From Candidatus Thorarchaeota archaeon (lineage in GTDB: Archaea; Asgardarchaeota; Thorarchaeia; Thorarchaeales; Thorarchaeaceae): 64,000 nucleotides of DNA. The position numbers and the translations under genes are program-made. Each line of letters begins with the position of its first letter. Position 1 is the stretch's first letter. The stretch covers positions 39,528-103,527 of the forward strand of contig JAGSHN010000030.1 in assembly GCA_029855935.1 (NCBI GenBank). Reading direction: 5' to 3'. Under the pieces are notes generated by a model, which saw only the letters and a program-made list of their open reading frames with translations, ran no database searches and had not been told where the DNA came from. This document shows, one piece after another, positions 1 through 9,494 of this stretch.

Positions 1-263
1 GTAGAATGAAAAACTCGACGGGAATCATCCTTCTTCGAACGTATGGGTGCGTGGCAACTGACCGTGAAGCTACGCCAGCTTTGACACCGCAGCCTGCCTT
101 GGCGAGTGGTTTGGCCACGACCCTCCCAACGCTCTTGTGCTTCCGATCTGCGGAAACGGCCCCACTGGTGGAGTCGCCCAATCTGGTTTCTACGACAAAA
201 AGGAAACAGTAATGAGAGAATCCTCGCTGAAGAGAGGAAGATGCAAGACGACCAGTTGAAGAA

Positions 264-1130
264 GTGAGGGACTGGTGTTTGAAACAGAGAAGGCTAAGAG
301 CCATCTTGGCAACTGTACTAGAAGCCGCTAGGGGATGGGAGAGAGGGAAATGGGTGCAAGCTGGCGGATTCCTCTTGGTCCTAGTTGCGGGCTTCCTTCG
401 ATTCAGTTCATTCCTGCTCATTGTTTCCCCTAGCGAGTACATCAATAACCTTGCTACAGAGAAACTGGAGGTTATGCTCCTATCGGTCGGTGTCTTGTTG
501 TATCTAGTAGGCTACGTGGTTACGGAAACTCCAGTTGAAGAACCACAAGAGGAAGAGCCGGAATTACCATCCACAGAGCTGGAACCATATAGTGTGTCGG
601 TGGAGTTTCTTGTTAGCAGAATTGATGCATTGGAAGATGTGCAAAACAATCTCCGGACTGGAGCAAGCATTCTCGCGGGTGTGTTCAGCGGGATAGCCAT
701 CTGGATGATGAATCTGGGCCGTCCACTGGTTCCTTTTGAAGGCGGGGTGACTTTGGCGTGCATACTCGCAGCGCTACTTTGCCTATGGGCCATTATTTCC
801 TCCTTCAAACTTTGCAGAATTAGATTCCCGGCCGCCACGCTGAACGAGGACCTTCTTCCCGAGAATCAGTCTGAGGGCGTGTACAAGAAACAGCTTTGTG
901 AAATGGTGAAGGAAAAGTTCAGAGTGGTCGAAGGCATTAAGAAAACTGTGGCATCCGCCGTCTTTTGGGTTATCCTAGTCACAGGAGCCGTCTTCGATTG
1001 GAGCGGGATTCTAGCGCACCCGGCAACCTCGCTATGGGTTGACCATCTCGCGTACGTTGCAGCCTTTGCTATGGCTGCGGCAGTTCTGTTGTTCGCCCTT
1101 GTGGTCCTTGAGAGAATATACGTTGGCTAG
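264..1130 (+). CDS. Hypothetical multi-pass membrane protein
   Basis: 288-aa ORF with about 6 hydrophobic segments and an acidic Pro/Glu linker; start uncertain; no recognisable family motif. Confidence 0.55.
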   Translation: MRDWCLKQRRLRAILATVLEAARGWERGKWVQAGGFLLVLVAGFLRFSSFLLIVSPSEYINNLATEKLEVMLLSVGVLLYLVGYVVTETPVEEPQEEEPELPSTELEPYSVSVEFLVSRIDALEDVQNNLRTGASILAGVFSGIAIWMMNLGRPLVPFEGGVTLACILAALLCLWAIISSFKLCRIRFPAATLNEDLLPENQSEGVYKKQLCEMVKEKFRVVEGIKKTVASAVFWVILVTGAVFDWSGILAHPATSLWVDHLAYVAAFAMAAAVLLFALVVLERIYVG

Positions 1131-1202
1131 CCCTTAATAGAGAATACTTCGCAGTGCCTACAGGCGATCACGGTCTACGCCCCCCCCGCACAATGCGATA
1201 TC

Positions 1203-1229
1203 TTTTTAACGTATGAACATATGTTCATA
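1203..1229 (+). promoter_or_regulatory. TATA-like element and SmtB/CzrA-type operator palindrome
   Basis: TTTTTAAC (1203-1210) followed by the perfect 18-bp palindrome TATGAACAT|ATGTTCATA (1212-1229), 15 bp before an ArsR/SmtB gene; resembles the TGAACA..TGTTCA SmtB/CzrA box. Confidence 0.8.
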
Positions 1230-1244
1230 TATTGAAGACTGGAG

Positions 1245-1568
1245 ATGAAGATAAGACTATTCGCACGCCGGGGTGACGACGTGCCCGACGATAGGGTCGT
1301 GTCACGCGTTGTCCAGATGTTCCGAGCGCTCGCAGACGAAACCCGGCTGAAGATACTCAGCCTGCTGGAGGGCGGTGACGAGTACGGGGTGACCGAGATT
1401 GCAGTGACGCTCGGACTGACGCAGAGTAATGTGAGTCATCACCTGAGCCGGCTTATGGACATGGGCTTTGTGTCCTACCGGCGCGAGGGCCGGTTCGTAT
1501 ACTACAGGATCTCGGACGAGTGCATCAAGGACATAATGAGGAGAGCAAGAGACCATGTCACATCATGA
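1245..1568 (+). CDS. ArsR/SmtB family metalloregulator
   Basis: FRALADETRLKIL...VTEIA..LGLTQSNVSHHL..L...GFV..RREGR.VYY winged-HTH signature. Confidence 0.95.
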   Translation: MKIRLFARRGDDVPDDRVVSRVVQMFRALADETRLKILSLLEGGDEYGVTEIAVTLGLTQSNVSHHLSRLMDMGFVSYRREGRFVYYRISDECIKDIMRRARDHVTS

Positions 1569-3468
1569 AGAGGGCGTGTACTGTACCTATTGTGCTACGC
1601 TTGAGGACCAAGAGGAGGAGTTCAACCCCAGAAGAGAGTATACACTCACGGCCATCGCGTCGGCCCTGCTGGCCAGCGCGGTGGTGGCGGACTTCATCAT
1701 CAAGAATCTGCTAGTCGCCTACACGCTCTACATTGGCACGATGATAGTTGCAGGAAGAGCGATCATCCCGAAGGGGTTCAAGGGCCTGCTCAGGGTGCAT
1801 CTCGACATCAACTTCCTGATGACATTTGCCGCACTCGCATCACTGATCATAGGTGCCCCGGCTGAGGGTGCGACAGTGCTCCTGCTGTTCTCGGTCGCCG
1901 AGCTTCTTGAGGACATCGCAAATCAGAGGGTCAGGAGAGAGCTGGACGCGGTCATCAGTCTGAGGCCCCACGTCGCGACTGTCATCAGAGATGGTCGGCG
2001 CTACATCGTCCCGGTCGAGGAGGTGGCCGTTGGTGAGATAGTCGCTGTCCGGCCTGGAGAGAGGATCTCTGTTGATGGCGTTGTCGTCGAGGGTACGACC
2101 TACGTTGACGAGTCAGCAATCACTGGCGAGTCGGTCCCGGTTCCGAAGCAGCCGGGCGAGAGGGTCTATGCAGGGACTGTGAATCAGGCTGGCTATATCG
2201 AGATCAAGACGACAAAGAGCGCTGACGAGAGCGTGGTCGCAAGGATTGTCAGCCTCGTTGAGGAGGCGCAGAGGCACAAGTCTCGGACAGAGACCACCGT
2301 GGCACGTATCTCTCACAAGTACACGCCTCTGGTCGTGGCGGGGTCTATTCTTCTCGCACTGTTCAACTTCGCACTTGGAGCCACACCGGCACAGGCCGTC
2401 TACAGAGGGCTGACACTGCTGGTGGCTGGCTGTCCGTGCGCATTCGCCATTGCCATCCCTGTGAGCATGGTGTCCTCCATCACGGGATATGCCCGAGAGG
2501 GCGTGCTCGTCAAGGGGTCCCGCCACGTCGAGACAATGGCGAGGACCGAGGTCGTCGCGCTGGACAAGACCGGCACACTGACCGAGGGCGCACTGTCTGT
2601 GAGCAACATATGCATTCACTCGGATGCAACCCCAGAGGAGGTCCTTGCAACGGCAGCCTCTCTTGAGCAGAAGTCCGAACACCCGATTGCTCAGGCGATA
2701 CTGAGAAAAGCGGAGGAGAAAGGGGTGGCCATATCCGACGTCTCAGACTTTCAAGTCGTCCCGGGAATGGGAGTTGCGGGGACGATTCGTGGCGTTGAGT
2801 ATGGTGCAGGAAACCTCAGACTGATCAAGCAGGAGAGAGTGGCCCTTCAGATGCCCGAAGACCACGAATGCGGTGATGGCTCACTGGTCTACGTATACCG
2901 TGGTGACCACCACCTCGGGACGATTGTGCTGAGCGACACCGAGCGTTCTGACAGTCCTGATGTCATTGCAGAGTTGAAGGAGATGGGAATCCGTGTCGTG
3001 ATGCTCACGGGCGACAACAGAAAGACCGCGGAGATCGTCGCAGAGAGGCTCGGCATCGACGACGTCCACGCGGAGCTCCTCCCCGAGGACAAGGTCAACA
3101 TCGTGAAGAAGATATCCCAGGACCACGTCGTGATGATGGTGGGCGACGGGATCAATGACGCTCCCGCCCTTGCAATGGCGGATGTCTCTGTGGCTGTTGC
3201 GGCGGCGACCAATGACGCAGCCATCGAGGCCGCTGATGTAGCCCTGATGAGAGGAGACATATCGTTGCTGCCAAGGATGATCCAGAAGGCACGCAGAACA
3301 ATGGGCGTCATCCGTCACAATGTTGCCATTGCAATTGGGGCGAAGGCCTTCGTGGGACTCATGGCGGTCTTTGGCCTCGCGCCTCTCTGGTTCGCCGTTG
3401 CTGTGGGCGATATGGGTGTATCCTTTGTCGTCATAGCAAATGCCCTGAGACTGGCAAAGCGCACGTAG
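1555..3468 (+). CDS. cadA: Heavy-metal-translocating P1B-type ATPase (Zn/Cd/Pb, ZntA/CadA-like)
   Basis: TGES, CPC, DKTGTLT, SEHP, GDGINDAPAL motifs; Lys and DMG in the last helices fit subgroup P1B-2; short N-terminal HH..CxxC. Confidence 0.92.
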   Translation: MSHHEEGVYCTYCATLEDQEEEFNPRREYTLTAIASALLASAVVADFIIKNLLVAYTLYIGTMIVAGRAIIPKGFKGLLRVHLDINFLMTFAALASLIIGAPAEGATVLLLFSVAELLEDIANQRVRRELDAVISLRPHVATVIRDGRRYIVPVEEVAVGEIVAVRPGERISVDGVVVEGTTYVDESAITGESVPVPKQPGERVYAGTVNQAGYIEIKTTKSADESVVARIVSLVEEAQRHKSRTETTVARISHKYTPLVVAGSILLALFNFALGATPAQAVYRGLTLLVAGCPCAFAIAIPVSMVSSITGYAREGVLVKGSRHVETMARTEVVALDKTGTLTEGALSVSNICIHSDATPEEVLATAASLEQKSEHPIAQAILRKAEEKGVAISDVSDFQVVPGMGVAGTIRGVEYGAGNLRLIKQERVALQMPEDHECGDGSLVYVYRGDHHLGTIVLSDTERSDSPDVIAELKEMGIRVVMLTGDNRKTAEIVAERLGIDDVHAELLPEDKVNIVKKISQDHVVMMVGDGINDAPALAMADVSVAVAAATNDAAIEAADVALMRGDISLLPRMIQKARRTMGVIRHNVAIAIGAKAFVGLMAVFGLAPLWFAVAVGDMGVSFVVIANALRLAKRT

Positions 3469-3469
3469 A

Positions 3470-5047
3470 CTATCTGTAGTTCAGCAGTGCTCTCGAGGCT
3501 CTGGACAGAAAGAACCAGACCGCTGCGAGGACAAACAGCGGAATCGCCAGAATCAGCAGCAGGCCTGAGACCTGAAGGACGAAGTAACCCAAGAGGCCCC
3601 CGAGTGCGAGATTGATCACGGGAAAGGCAAACACCAGGGGAATTGGTGGGCTTGAGGGCTCGTTCGTGAACACGGGTATGTAGGCCCCGATCATTGTGCC
3701 CGTCGCGCAGAAGAGCGAGAGCAACGGAAGCGCCAGAACGACGAGCGACAGTACACCATCAAAAGTGACGAAGTACGCCAGCAGCAGAAGGGCTGGCACT
3801 GAGGCTATCAATGACTCGACAAGACTTCCAACAAACTTGGCGAGAACAACCGATGACCGCGGCAACGGGCTGACCCGAAGCAGATAGATGTTCTCCCGTT
3901 CGTCCGAAAATGACAGCAGTGAAGTCGTGCTTGCAACGTGAAGGAATGCCATCTCGACCAGGAAGAACGCGTATGGAATGAGGTTCCGTGTCGACACTGG
4001 AAGTGTTATTCTCGTAGCAGCATACGGGAAGACCACCCACAGTAGCACGGCGACGACAGAGGCACCAGCCGCAGAGACGTATTTCGCAAACTGTAGGGGA
4101 GAACGCATCCGCGTCCAGAAGTCCTTCAGGATGACCCACATCATTGGATCGCTGAACCGCGACTGCGAGAAGTCCACCTCGCCTCTGACCGCGCGCTCCA
4201 GTCTTGTTGGCCGGCTGACCGGGGTGGGACGTGCGATGTATCTCTCGTAGTCGCCTCTCTCGACGGACACCGTGACCACCAGGAACATTATGAGGAAGTC
4301 GATTCCGATCAGGCCCATCAGTGGCCACAGAAACTGAGTCTGAAGAATGCCAGCGGCCGACAGAGCGACAAGCGAGATCAGGCTGCTTGGCAAGAGAAGC
4401 CCCAGGACTGGGTTCGAGTTCGTAGCAGGATGGACAAGGGCAAGAGCAATGCAGCCCACGCAGACGTATACTGCCAGTCTCTTGAGACGACCCAGTCCAC
4501 TTGCTCTGTGGCGTAGAGTGTACCCCAGCAATGACAGAAGGAAGACAAACTCGAGCAGCCCCAGCGCCCCGAGAACGGCAAGCGATATCTCACCGAGCGA
4601 GAGAGCCGTTCTGATGGTCATAGGATATAGAACCAGTACGATGATGAGGGCGATGGTCAGCTTTCGGAGTATTCGTCTGGCATATCGCGCTACAAAGATC
4701 TGGTGTGGTCCAACTGGTGCTGGCATCAAGGCGAACTCGTCCGGGGGCCTGAGAACAGAGGTCGTCCCTGAGCCGAACATCCCACTGATCAGCGATGAGG
4801 CCATCACCAAGCCAAGGACAGTAGCCACAGACTCGACGGTCAGATAGTCCCGAAGCAGAACGGGGACTGAGGCCAGCATACTACCCGCTGATGCGACCTG
4901 GCCAAGCACCCAGCTGATGAAGATTCCACCACACACCATCACCGCATAGAAACCTAGTAACGATGCGCTCTTCGCGGTCCTCCGCACACCATTGAGTACC
5001 TCGCGCATCTCCACGAAGACGAGTGCGTGAGTCTTCACTTTCCTCAC
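3470..5047 (-). CDS. ABC exporter permease (multi-TM)
   Basis: About 12 TM segments; KDFW..MR and ERENIYLLRVSPL..VVLAKF patterns typical of ABC-2-like permeases; overlaps the ABC ATPase stop. Confidence 0.75.
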   Translation of the reverse strand: MRKVKTHALVFVEMREVLNGVRRTAKSASLLGFYAVMVCGGIFISWVLGQVASAGSMLASVPVLLRDYLTVESVATVLGLVMASSLISGMFGSGTTSVLRPPDEFALMPAPVGPHQIFVARYARRILRKLTIALIIVLVLYPMTIRTALSLGEISLAVLGALGLLEFVFLLSLLGYTLRHRASGLGRLKRLAVYVCVGCIALALVHPATNSNPVLGLLLPSSLISLVALSAAGILQTQFLWPLMGLIGIDFLIMFLVVTVSVERGDYERYIARPTPVSRPTRLERAVRGEVDFSQSRFSDPMMWVILKDFWTRMRSPLQFAKYVSAAGASVVAVLLWVVFPYAATRITLPVSTRNLIPYAFFLVEMAFLHVASTTSLLSFSDERENIYLLRVSPLPRSSVVLAKFVGSLVESLIASVPALLLLAYFVTFDGVLSLVVLALPLLSLFCATGTMIGAYIPVFTNEPSSPPIPLVFAFPVINLALGGLLGYFVLQVSGLLLILAIPLFVLAAVWFFLSRASRALLNYR

Positions 5048-5961
5048 TCCTCCGGAATGCCACCTGTGAGCTCCAGAAAGACGTGCTCAAGGGTGCGCGC
5101 CCTGGGAAATCTCTCTCTGAGTTCGGTCAGTGTACCCCGGCCCACCACGTCACCCTCGTGCATTATCACGAACCTGTCGCACAGGCCCTCGGCCACCTCA
5201 AGAATGTGGGTGGAGAGGAGGATTGCAGAGCCCGTGTCACGCAGGTGTCTGAGGTGCCGCTTTAGGCTCCAGGCTCCTCTGGGGTCGAGACCGTATATCG
5301 GCTCGTCAAGAAGAAGGACGTACGGCGGCGGTCTGACAAAGATCCCTGCAAGGAGAGTCCTCTGGAGATTGCCCTTTGAGAGAGAGCCAATGTACGAGTC
5401 CAGAAACTCATCGAGCTGCAGCATCCGAGAGAAACGACTTGTTCGGATGATGGCAATGTGTCTCGGCACACCATAGATCTTGGCGACAAACGTCAGGTAT
5501 TCGCGGACACGAAGATTCTCATAGCATGTGGGCCTCTCGGGTATGTAGCCCAGCACACGCTTGGTCTCCGTCGAGTCCTCTCTCATATCAACGCCGTTCA
5601 CCATCACGCTGCCACTTGTCGGGCGGATTATCCCGGCGATGGCCCGGAGTGTTGTCGTCTTGCCGGCACCGTTCGGTCCCACGAGGCCGACAATCTCCCC
5701 CGGCCGCACAGTAAGGTCAAGACTCTTGACCGCTGTTGTCGCCCCATACCTCTTCCTGAGTCCAATGACTGACACAGCCGGGTCTGAGAGGGGTCGACCT
5801 GTCTGGGCAGGCCGAGGCAGTGAGTCAAGAGCCTCCCTCACAAGACCGCGCAGCTCGGTCACAGTGACGTAGCGCGTAGAGAGAGGGACGTTCACTGTCT
5901 GTGCGAGCCGGCGAAGATCCTCAGCTCGCATCATCTCCAATGTCTCATCGACTGTCTCCAC
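5044..5961 (-). CDS. ABC transporter ATP-binding protein
   Basis: Walker A GPNGAGKTT, signature LSKG, Walker B LLLDEP, H-loop STH. Confidence 0.95.
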   Translation of the reverse strand: METVDETLEMMRAEDLRRLAQTVNVPLSTRYVTVTELRGLVREALDSLPRPAQTGRPLSDPAVSVIGLRKRYGATTAVKSLDLTVRPGEIVGLVGPNGAGKTTTLRAIAGIIRPTSGSVMVNGVDMREDSTETKRVLGYIPERPTCYENLRVREYLTFVAKIYGVPRHIAIIRTSRFSRMLQLDEFLDSYIGSLSKGNLQRTLLAGIFVRPPPYVLLLDEPIYGLDPRGAWSLKRHLRHLRDTGSAILLSTHILEVAEGLCDRFVIMHEGDVVGRGTLTELRERFPRARTLEHVFLELTGGIPEE

Positions 5962-7024
5962 GACGTTGAAGCCTCCGGCGTATCTTCCAGTATATCACGT
6001 ACCACAACGGTACCTCTACGAGTTCTTCGCCCTCGGTGTGTTCGCGTTCAACACGGTAGGTGTTGAACCGCCAAGCAGCCAAGACGACCACGATCTGAAA
6101 CAGGGGTACAGGCACAACTAGATATAGTATCTGACTGCTCGATATCAGAACCGCTGCTGCCCACGTGAAGTCTGGCAGCAGTGACAAGACCGTCACAAGC
6201 ACAAGGAGAAGCGGACGGGATTCGTCCGACAGGAACAACCTGAGCTCCCTGACCACCAGCAGCATCAACACCAGGGTGATGGGTCCAAGGGGAGAGATCG
6301 CGGCCGCGCCAGCGGTGTAGGACAACGTCACAATCTTGGCGGCGCCAATGCTGTTCTCATAGTACCCAAGCCCCGCCCATAGTGAGAAGAAGACCAGCAC
6401 ACCAGGCCCAAGATGGGGGGCCTCAAGGAACATGAGGGAGCCGCTGAGAAAGAGAAGAACTCCGAGTAGCCGACCAAGACTCACCACGGGAGCGGAAGAG
6501 GACATCTCGGTGTGTCTCAGGCGAAATCGTCCTCCAAGCCGAGATGGGATAACCCTCTGCGGAAAGGCCCTATGAAGAACGGGCACCACAACCAGTGACC
6601 AGATCGCATAGGTACTCGTTCCGACAATCAGACCGAGAGTCTGAAACCCGAGTCCGCCTGCGTGTATCGTCTGCCTGAGCAGCGTGTATGCCAGAGCGAA
6701 CAGACCAGTGAACATCAGCACTGCGACTACGCCGCCCATTCTCAGAGTCCTGTGTTCGCGGATACGACCGACAGCCAGTAGAGCCCAGAACACGAGAGCG
6801 GGAACCAAGAAGAGCAGCGTTAGCGCTAGGCCCCTCCAGTCCGGGACTCTCAGCGCAGGACGCTGAAGGTCCAGCACAAACTGGGTATCCAGTGTCACTA
6901 GCAGCCCATCAGGGCTTGACATCAAGTAGAGGCCGGTTGGAACAAGAAGAACAATCAGACCCCGGACACAGGCAGAGACAATCAGTCGGCTTCGGTCTGT
7001 GGCGCATGGCAGGCTCATCAGCAC
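5945..7024 (-). CDS. Hypothetical membrane protein
   Basis: 359-aa very hydrophobic ORF overlapping the ABC ATPase start. Confidence 0.6.
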   Translation of the reverse strand: MLMSLPCATDRSRLIVSACVRGLIVLLVPTGLYLMSSPDGLLVTLDTQFVLDLQRPALRVPDWRGLALTLLFLVPALVFWALLAVGRIREHRTLRMGGVVAVLMFTGLFALAYTLLRQTIHAGGLGFQTLGLIVGTSTYAIWSLVVVPVLHRAFPQRVIPSRLGGRFRLRHTEMSSSAPVVSLGRLLGVLLFLSGSLMFLEAPHLGPGVLVFFSLWAGLGYYENSIGAAKIVTLSYTAGAAAISPLGPITLVLMLLVVRELRLFLSDESRPLLLVLVTVLSLLPDFTWAAAVLISSSQILYLVVPVPLFQIVVVLAAWRFNTYRVEREHTEGEELVEVPLWYVIYWKIRRRLQRRGDSR

Positions 7025-7060
7025 ACCGTCTCCCGTTGCCTGTCAATCATCCTAACCCAC

Positions 7061-7807
7061 TTAAATTGTTGATGCTAGGAGGTCGCTGGGCGGACTCAGA
7101 TGTACGGGGATGTGGCCCAAGAGATGCAGACTCCACTCCCTCAGCTCAGTCCTCAGAGCAATGGCCTCAAGGCCCCTCCTGACCGAGTCTCGAAAGGAGT
7201 CGCCGAACGCGGGGTCGGTTGGATCATTAGGAGCAAAGGCGTGTGCGTCCGGTCTCTGTACGACAAACACGACTGCCACACGTTCTGCAACGCGCTGCTC
7301 AAGTGCCCTGGCAAGGTCGCGCAGGTGTCGTGCCCCGCGTGCCGTGACAGCATCTGGGAACAGGGCCCAGCCCGACACCACAAGAGTACAGGACTTCACC
7401 TCGACGAGGAATCGACCGCTCGGCCCTGATAGGAGAAAGTCTGCACGCCCCTCAAAGAGTCTTGGTTCAGGGATCACGGTTTCGTAGTCGCCAAACTCGG
7501 GGAGGAGTCGCTCTTCGAATACCTGCTTCATGAACCTGTTCGGAAGCAATGAGTCAATCGACACAAGGACACCGTCGTGTTCCACCGCGACAACCGTGAA
7601 TCCTGTCTTCCGTAGGACCGCGTTCTCCCGGCGCACCCAGACTCTCTTTCCGGGAGTCATGAGCTCGTGCATACGCCCGGGATTCGGAACGTATGCGTAG
7701 TGGCGTTCGCCGTCGACCAAGACCACCGCGAGGAATCTATTCGGCCGGGTGACAAACGTGGCCCGAAGATGCTCCGGGGTCTCATCTCTCTCCGTCAAGC
7801 AGAACAC
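7061..7807 (-). CDS. sfsA: SfsA family nuclease-fold protein
   Basis: RPNRF, PNPGRM.EL, RADFLL, VEVKSCTL, FPDAVT.RG.RHL motifs; start estimated at GTG 7807 (ORF track extends to 7870). Confidence 0.92.
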   Translation of the reverse strand: MFCLTERDETPEHLRATFVTRPNRFLAVVLVDGERHYAYVPNPGRMHELMTPGKRVWVRRENAVLRKTGFTVVAVEHDGVLVSIDSLLPNRFMKQVFEERLLPEFGDYETVIPEPRLFEGRADFLLSGPSGRFLVEVKSCTLVVSGWALFPDAVTARGARHLRDLARALEQRVAERVAVVFVVQRPDAHAFAPNDPTDPAFGDSFRDSVRRGLEAIALRTELREWSLHLLGHIPVHLSPPSDLLASTI

Positions 7808-8045
7808 CCAATGGACCAAGGAAGGCCCTGCAGTGATTATTAATCCTCCCTCCCCACAGGAGCGTGACATCGCGTTCTTTCAACCCAAGAAGAAACATAC
7901 TATCACCTCCCAAAAAGACCCAAATAGCAGTGGGCCGGATATTGGCACCGTAGGTGCCAACGTTTGCCAGTAGCTGCAGAGGGACCGCTACAGTCACCAC
8001 CGAAGCAGTTGGACTGAAGGCCAATCGAGACGGGGAAGGACGGAT

Positions 8046-9311
8046 ATGGAGCACGGCAAGAGAACAGAGTTTCGGGAATGGCTTGAGTCAGAAGAGGCCG
8101 CCCTTGTGCCCTCAAATGAGCAGGTTCTTTTCATTCTGAACCGTTTCTCGGGCCTAGCGCCCTACACTCACGAGTTTGTTCCTGTCCAGAGCGACTCTCA
8201 GATTCTCTCCGGATTCGTGTCGGCGCTGGGTAGTTTCATGGGCGAGATGACGGGAAAGAGGGCTGGCCAGTGGAGAACGGTCTATGGGGAAGAGACAACA
8301 ATGATTGTCGAGAATGGCGAGTGGGCCAGCGGGGTCCTCGCTGTCAGGAGAGACACAACTGAGGCAAGGAGCAAGTTGCGTGCGGTGGTGGAGGAGTTTG
8401 AGGTGACCTTTGAGACGTTGCGGGACTCTGACGATATTCAGGGGTCCCTCTTCTACGACTTCGACGGGTTTGTGAAGCGGATCTTCACCAGCGACAAGAT
8501 ATCTGCAAGAACCCTGATTGCGGGCATTGACAGGTCACGTCCGCTGTCTGAACAGTTGACGCCCAGTATGAGGTTCAAGGTCACAAGCTTCTTGGAGCAA
8601 GTCACAGAGTGGCAGTCTGTGTCTGAGGCTGCGGCCAACCAGGGGATTCCTGTAGACGAGGCGATTGACATAGTGGCAGCAGCCTATTGGGATCGACTGG
8701 TGACCATACTTGAGGTCCCAAGCGACGAGGATATCCTCGCCCCTTCACAGGATTCGCGGAGCATAGTGTTTGCAGCTGGCAATCCGTTTGCCCTCTCGCC
8801 TGACACGCTGCGATTCATAGGCGCCCTGGACGGTCGACACACTGTGCGGCAGATGTTTCAATCCCTTCAGGTAGAATCGGAAGAGGCAGTTCTTCTGGAA
8901 CTGGGCTATCTATTGAATCACGGAATCCTACAGAGGATCTCTGTCGAGGGGAAGCTCTCACTTGTGATCGAGTGTATGGCAAACCGTGCTATGCGAGTTA
9001 TCGTGGAGCGTACGGGATTTGAAGATGCAAAGAAGATACTGGATGAGATAGTGAGAGAGAACGTCGGACGAATCCCCTGGATATCCTATGTTCGCATATC
9101 TGAAGAGGAGGGGATATTCTATCCCCGAGAGTCGTCTCTCGACCCTCGCGACATCGACCAGATTGCCGATGCGCTTGAGTGTGTCGCAGCAGGGATAATC
9201 CCTGTCGCAGCCGCAGTCCTTCACGAGAACGATGAGCAGACCCTGAGGTCAAAGATGCAGAGTGAGTGCGAGAAGCGGCTCCAAGGAATCCTCTCAAACA
9301 TCGTGATGTAG
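8046..9311 (+). CDS. Longin-like domain protein (Asgard-type)
   Basis: N-terminal LFILNRFSGL.PY...DSQILSGFVSALGSFMGEM pattern resembles longin domains; remainder unknown. Confidence 0.6.
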   Translation: MEHGKRTEFREWLESEEAALVPSNEQVLFILNRFSGLAPYTHEFVPVQSDSQILSGFVSALGSFMGEMTGKRAGQWRTVYGEETTMIVENGEWASGVLAVRRDTTEARSKLRAVVEEFEVTFETLRDSDDIQGSLFYDFDGFVKRIFTSDKISARTLIAGIDRSRPLSEQLTPSMRFKVTSFLEQVTEWQSVSEAAANQGIPVDEAIDIVAAAYWDRLVTILEVPSDEDILAPSQDSRSIVFAAGNPFALSPDTLRFIGALDGRHTVRQMFQSLQVESEEAVLLELGYLLNHGILQRISVEGKLSLVIECMANRAMRVIVERTGFEDAKKILDEIVRENVGRIPWISYVRISEEEGIFYPRESSLDPRDIDQIADALECVAAGIIPVAAAVLHENDEQTLRSKMQSECEKRLQGILSNIVM

Positions 9312-9494
9312 TCCCAACCAATCCCTGTCGGGTCCGTGTGTCCGGACATCGAGAAGACGCAGGGCTTAAATGGCGCTCTGCACTCAAGTCTATTTCTGGT
9401 TGGGCCACCCTGAGAGGCTATGGGGAACTGTGGGCGTAGACTCTGAACAACACCGGGTGAAGACTGGAAGATCAAGTCTAGTGGCGGGACACCT

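Noticed and set aside
6-212. 68-aa ORF at the window start
   Set aside because: No motif; alternative frames are equally plausible; context truncated
7061-7807. SfsA as a Cas4-like or defence nuclease
   Set aside because: Motifs are canonical SfsA, it lacks the Cas4 Cys cluster, and it lies 16 kb from the array
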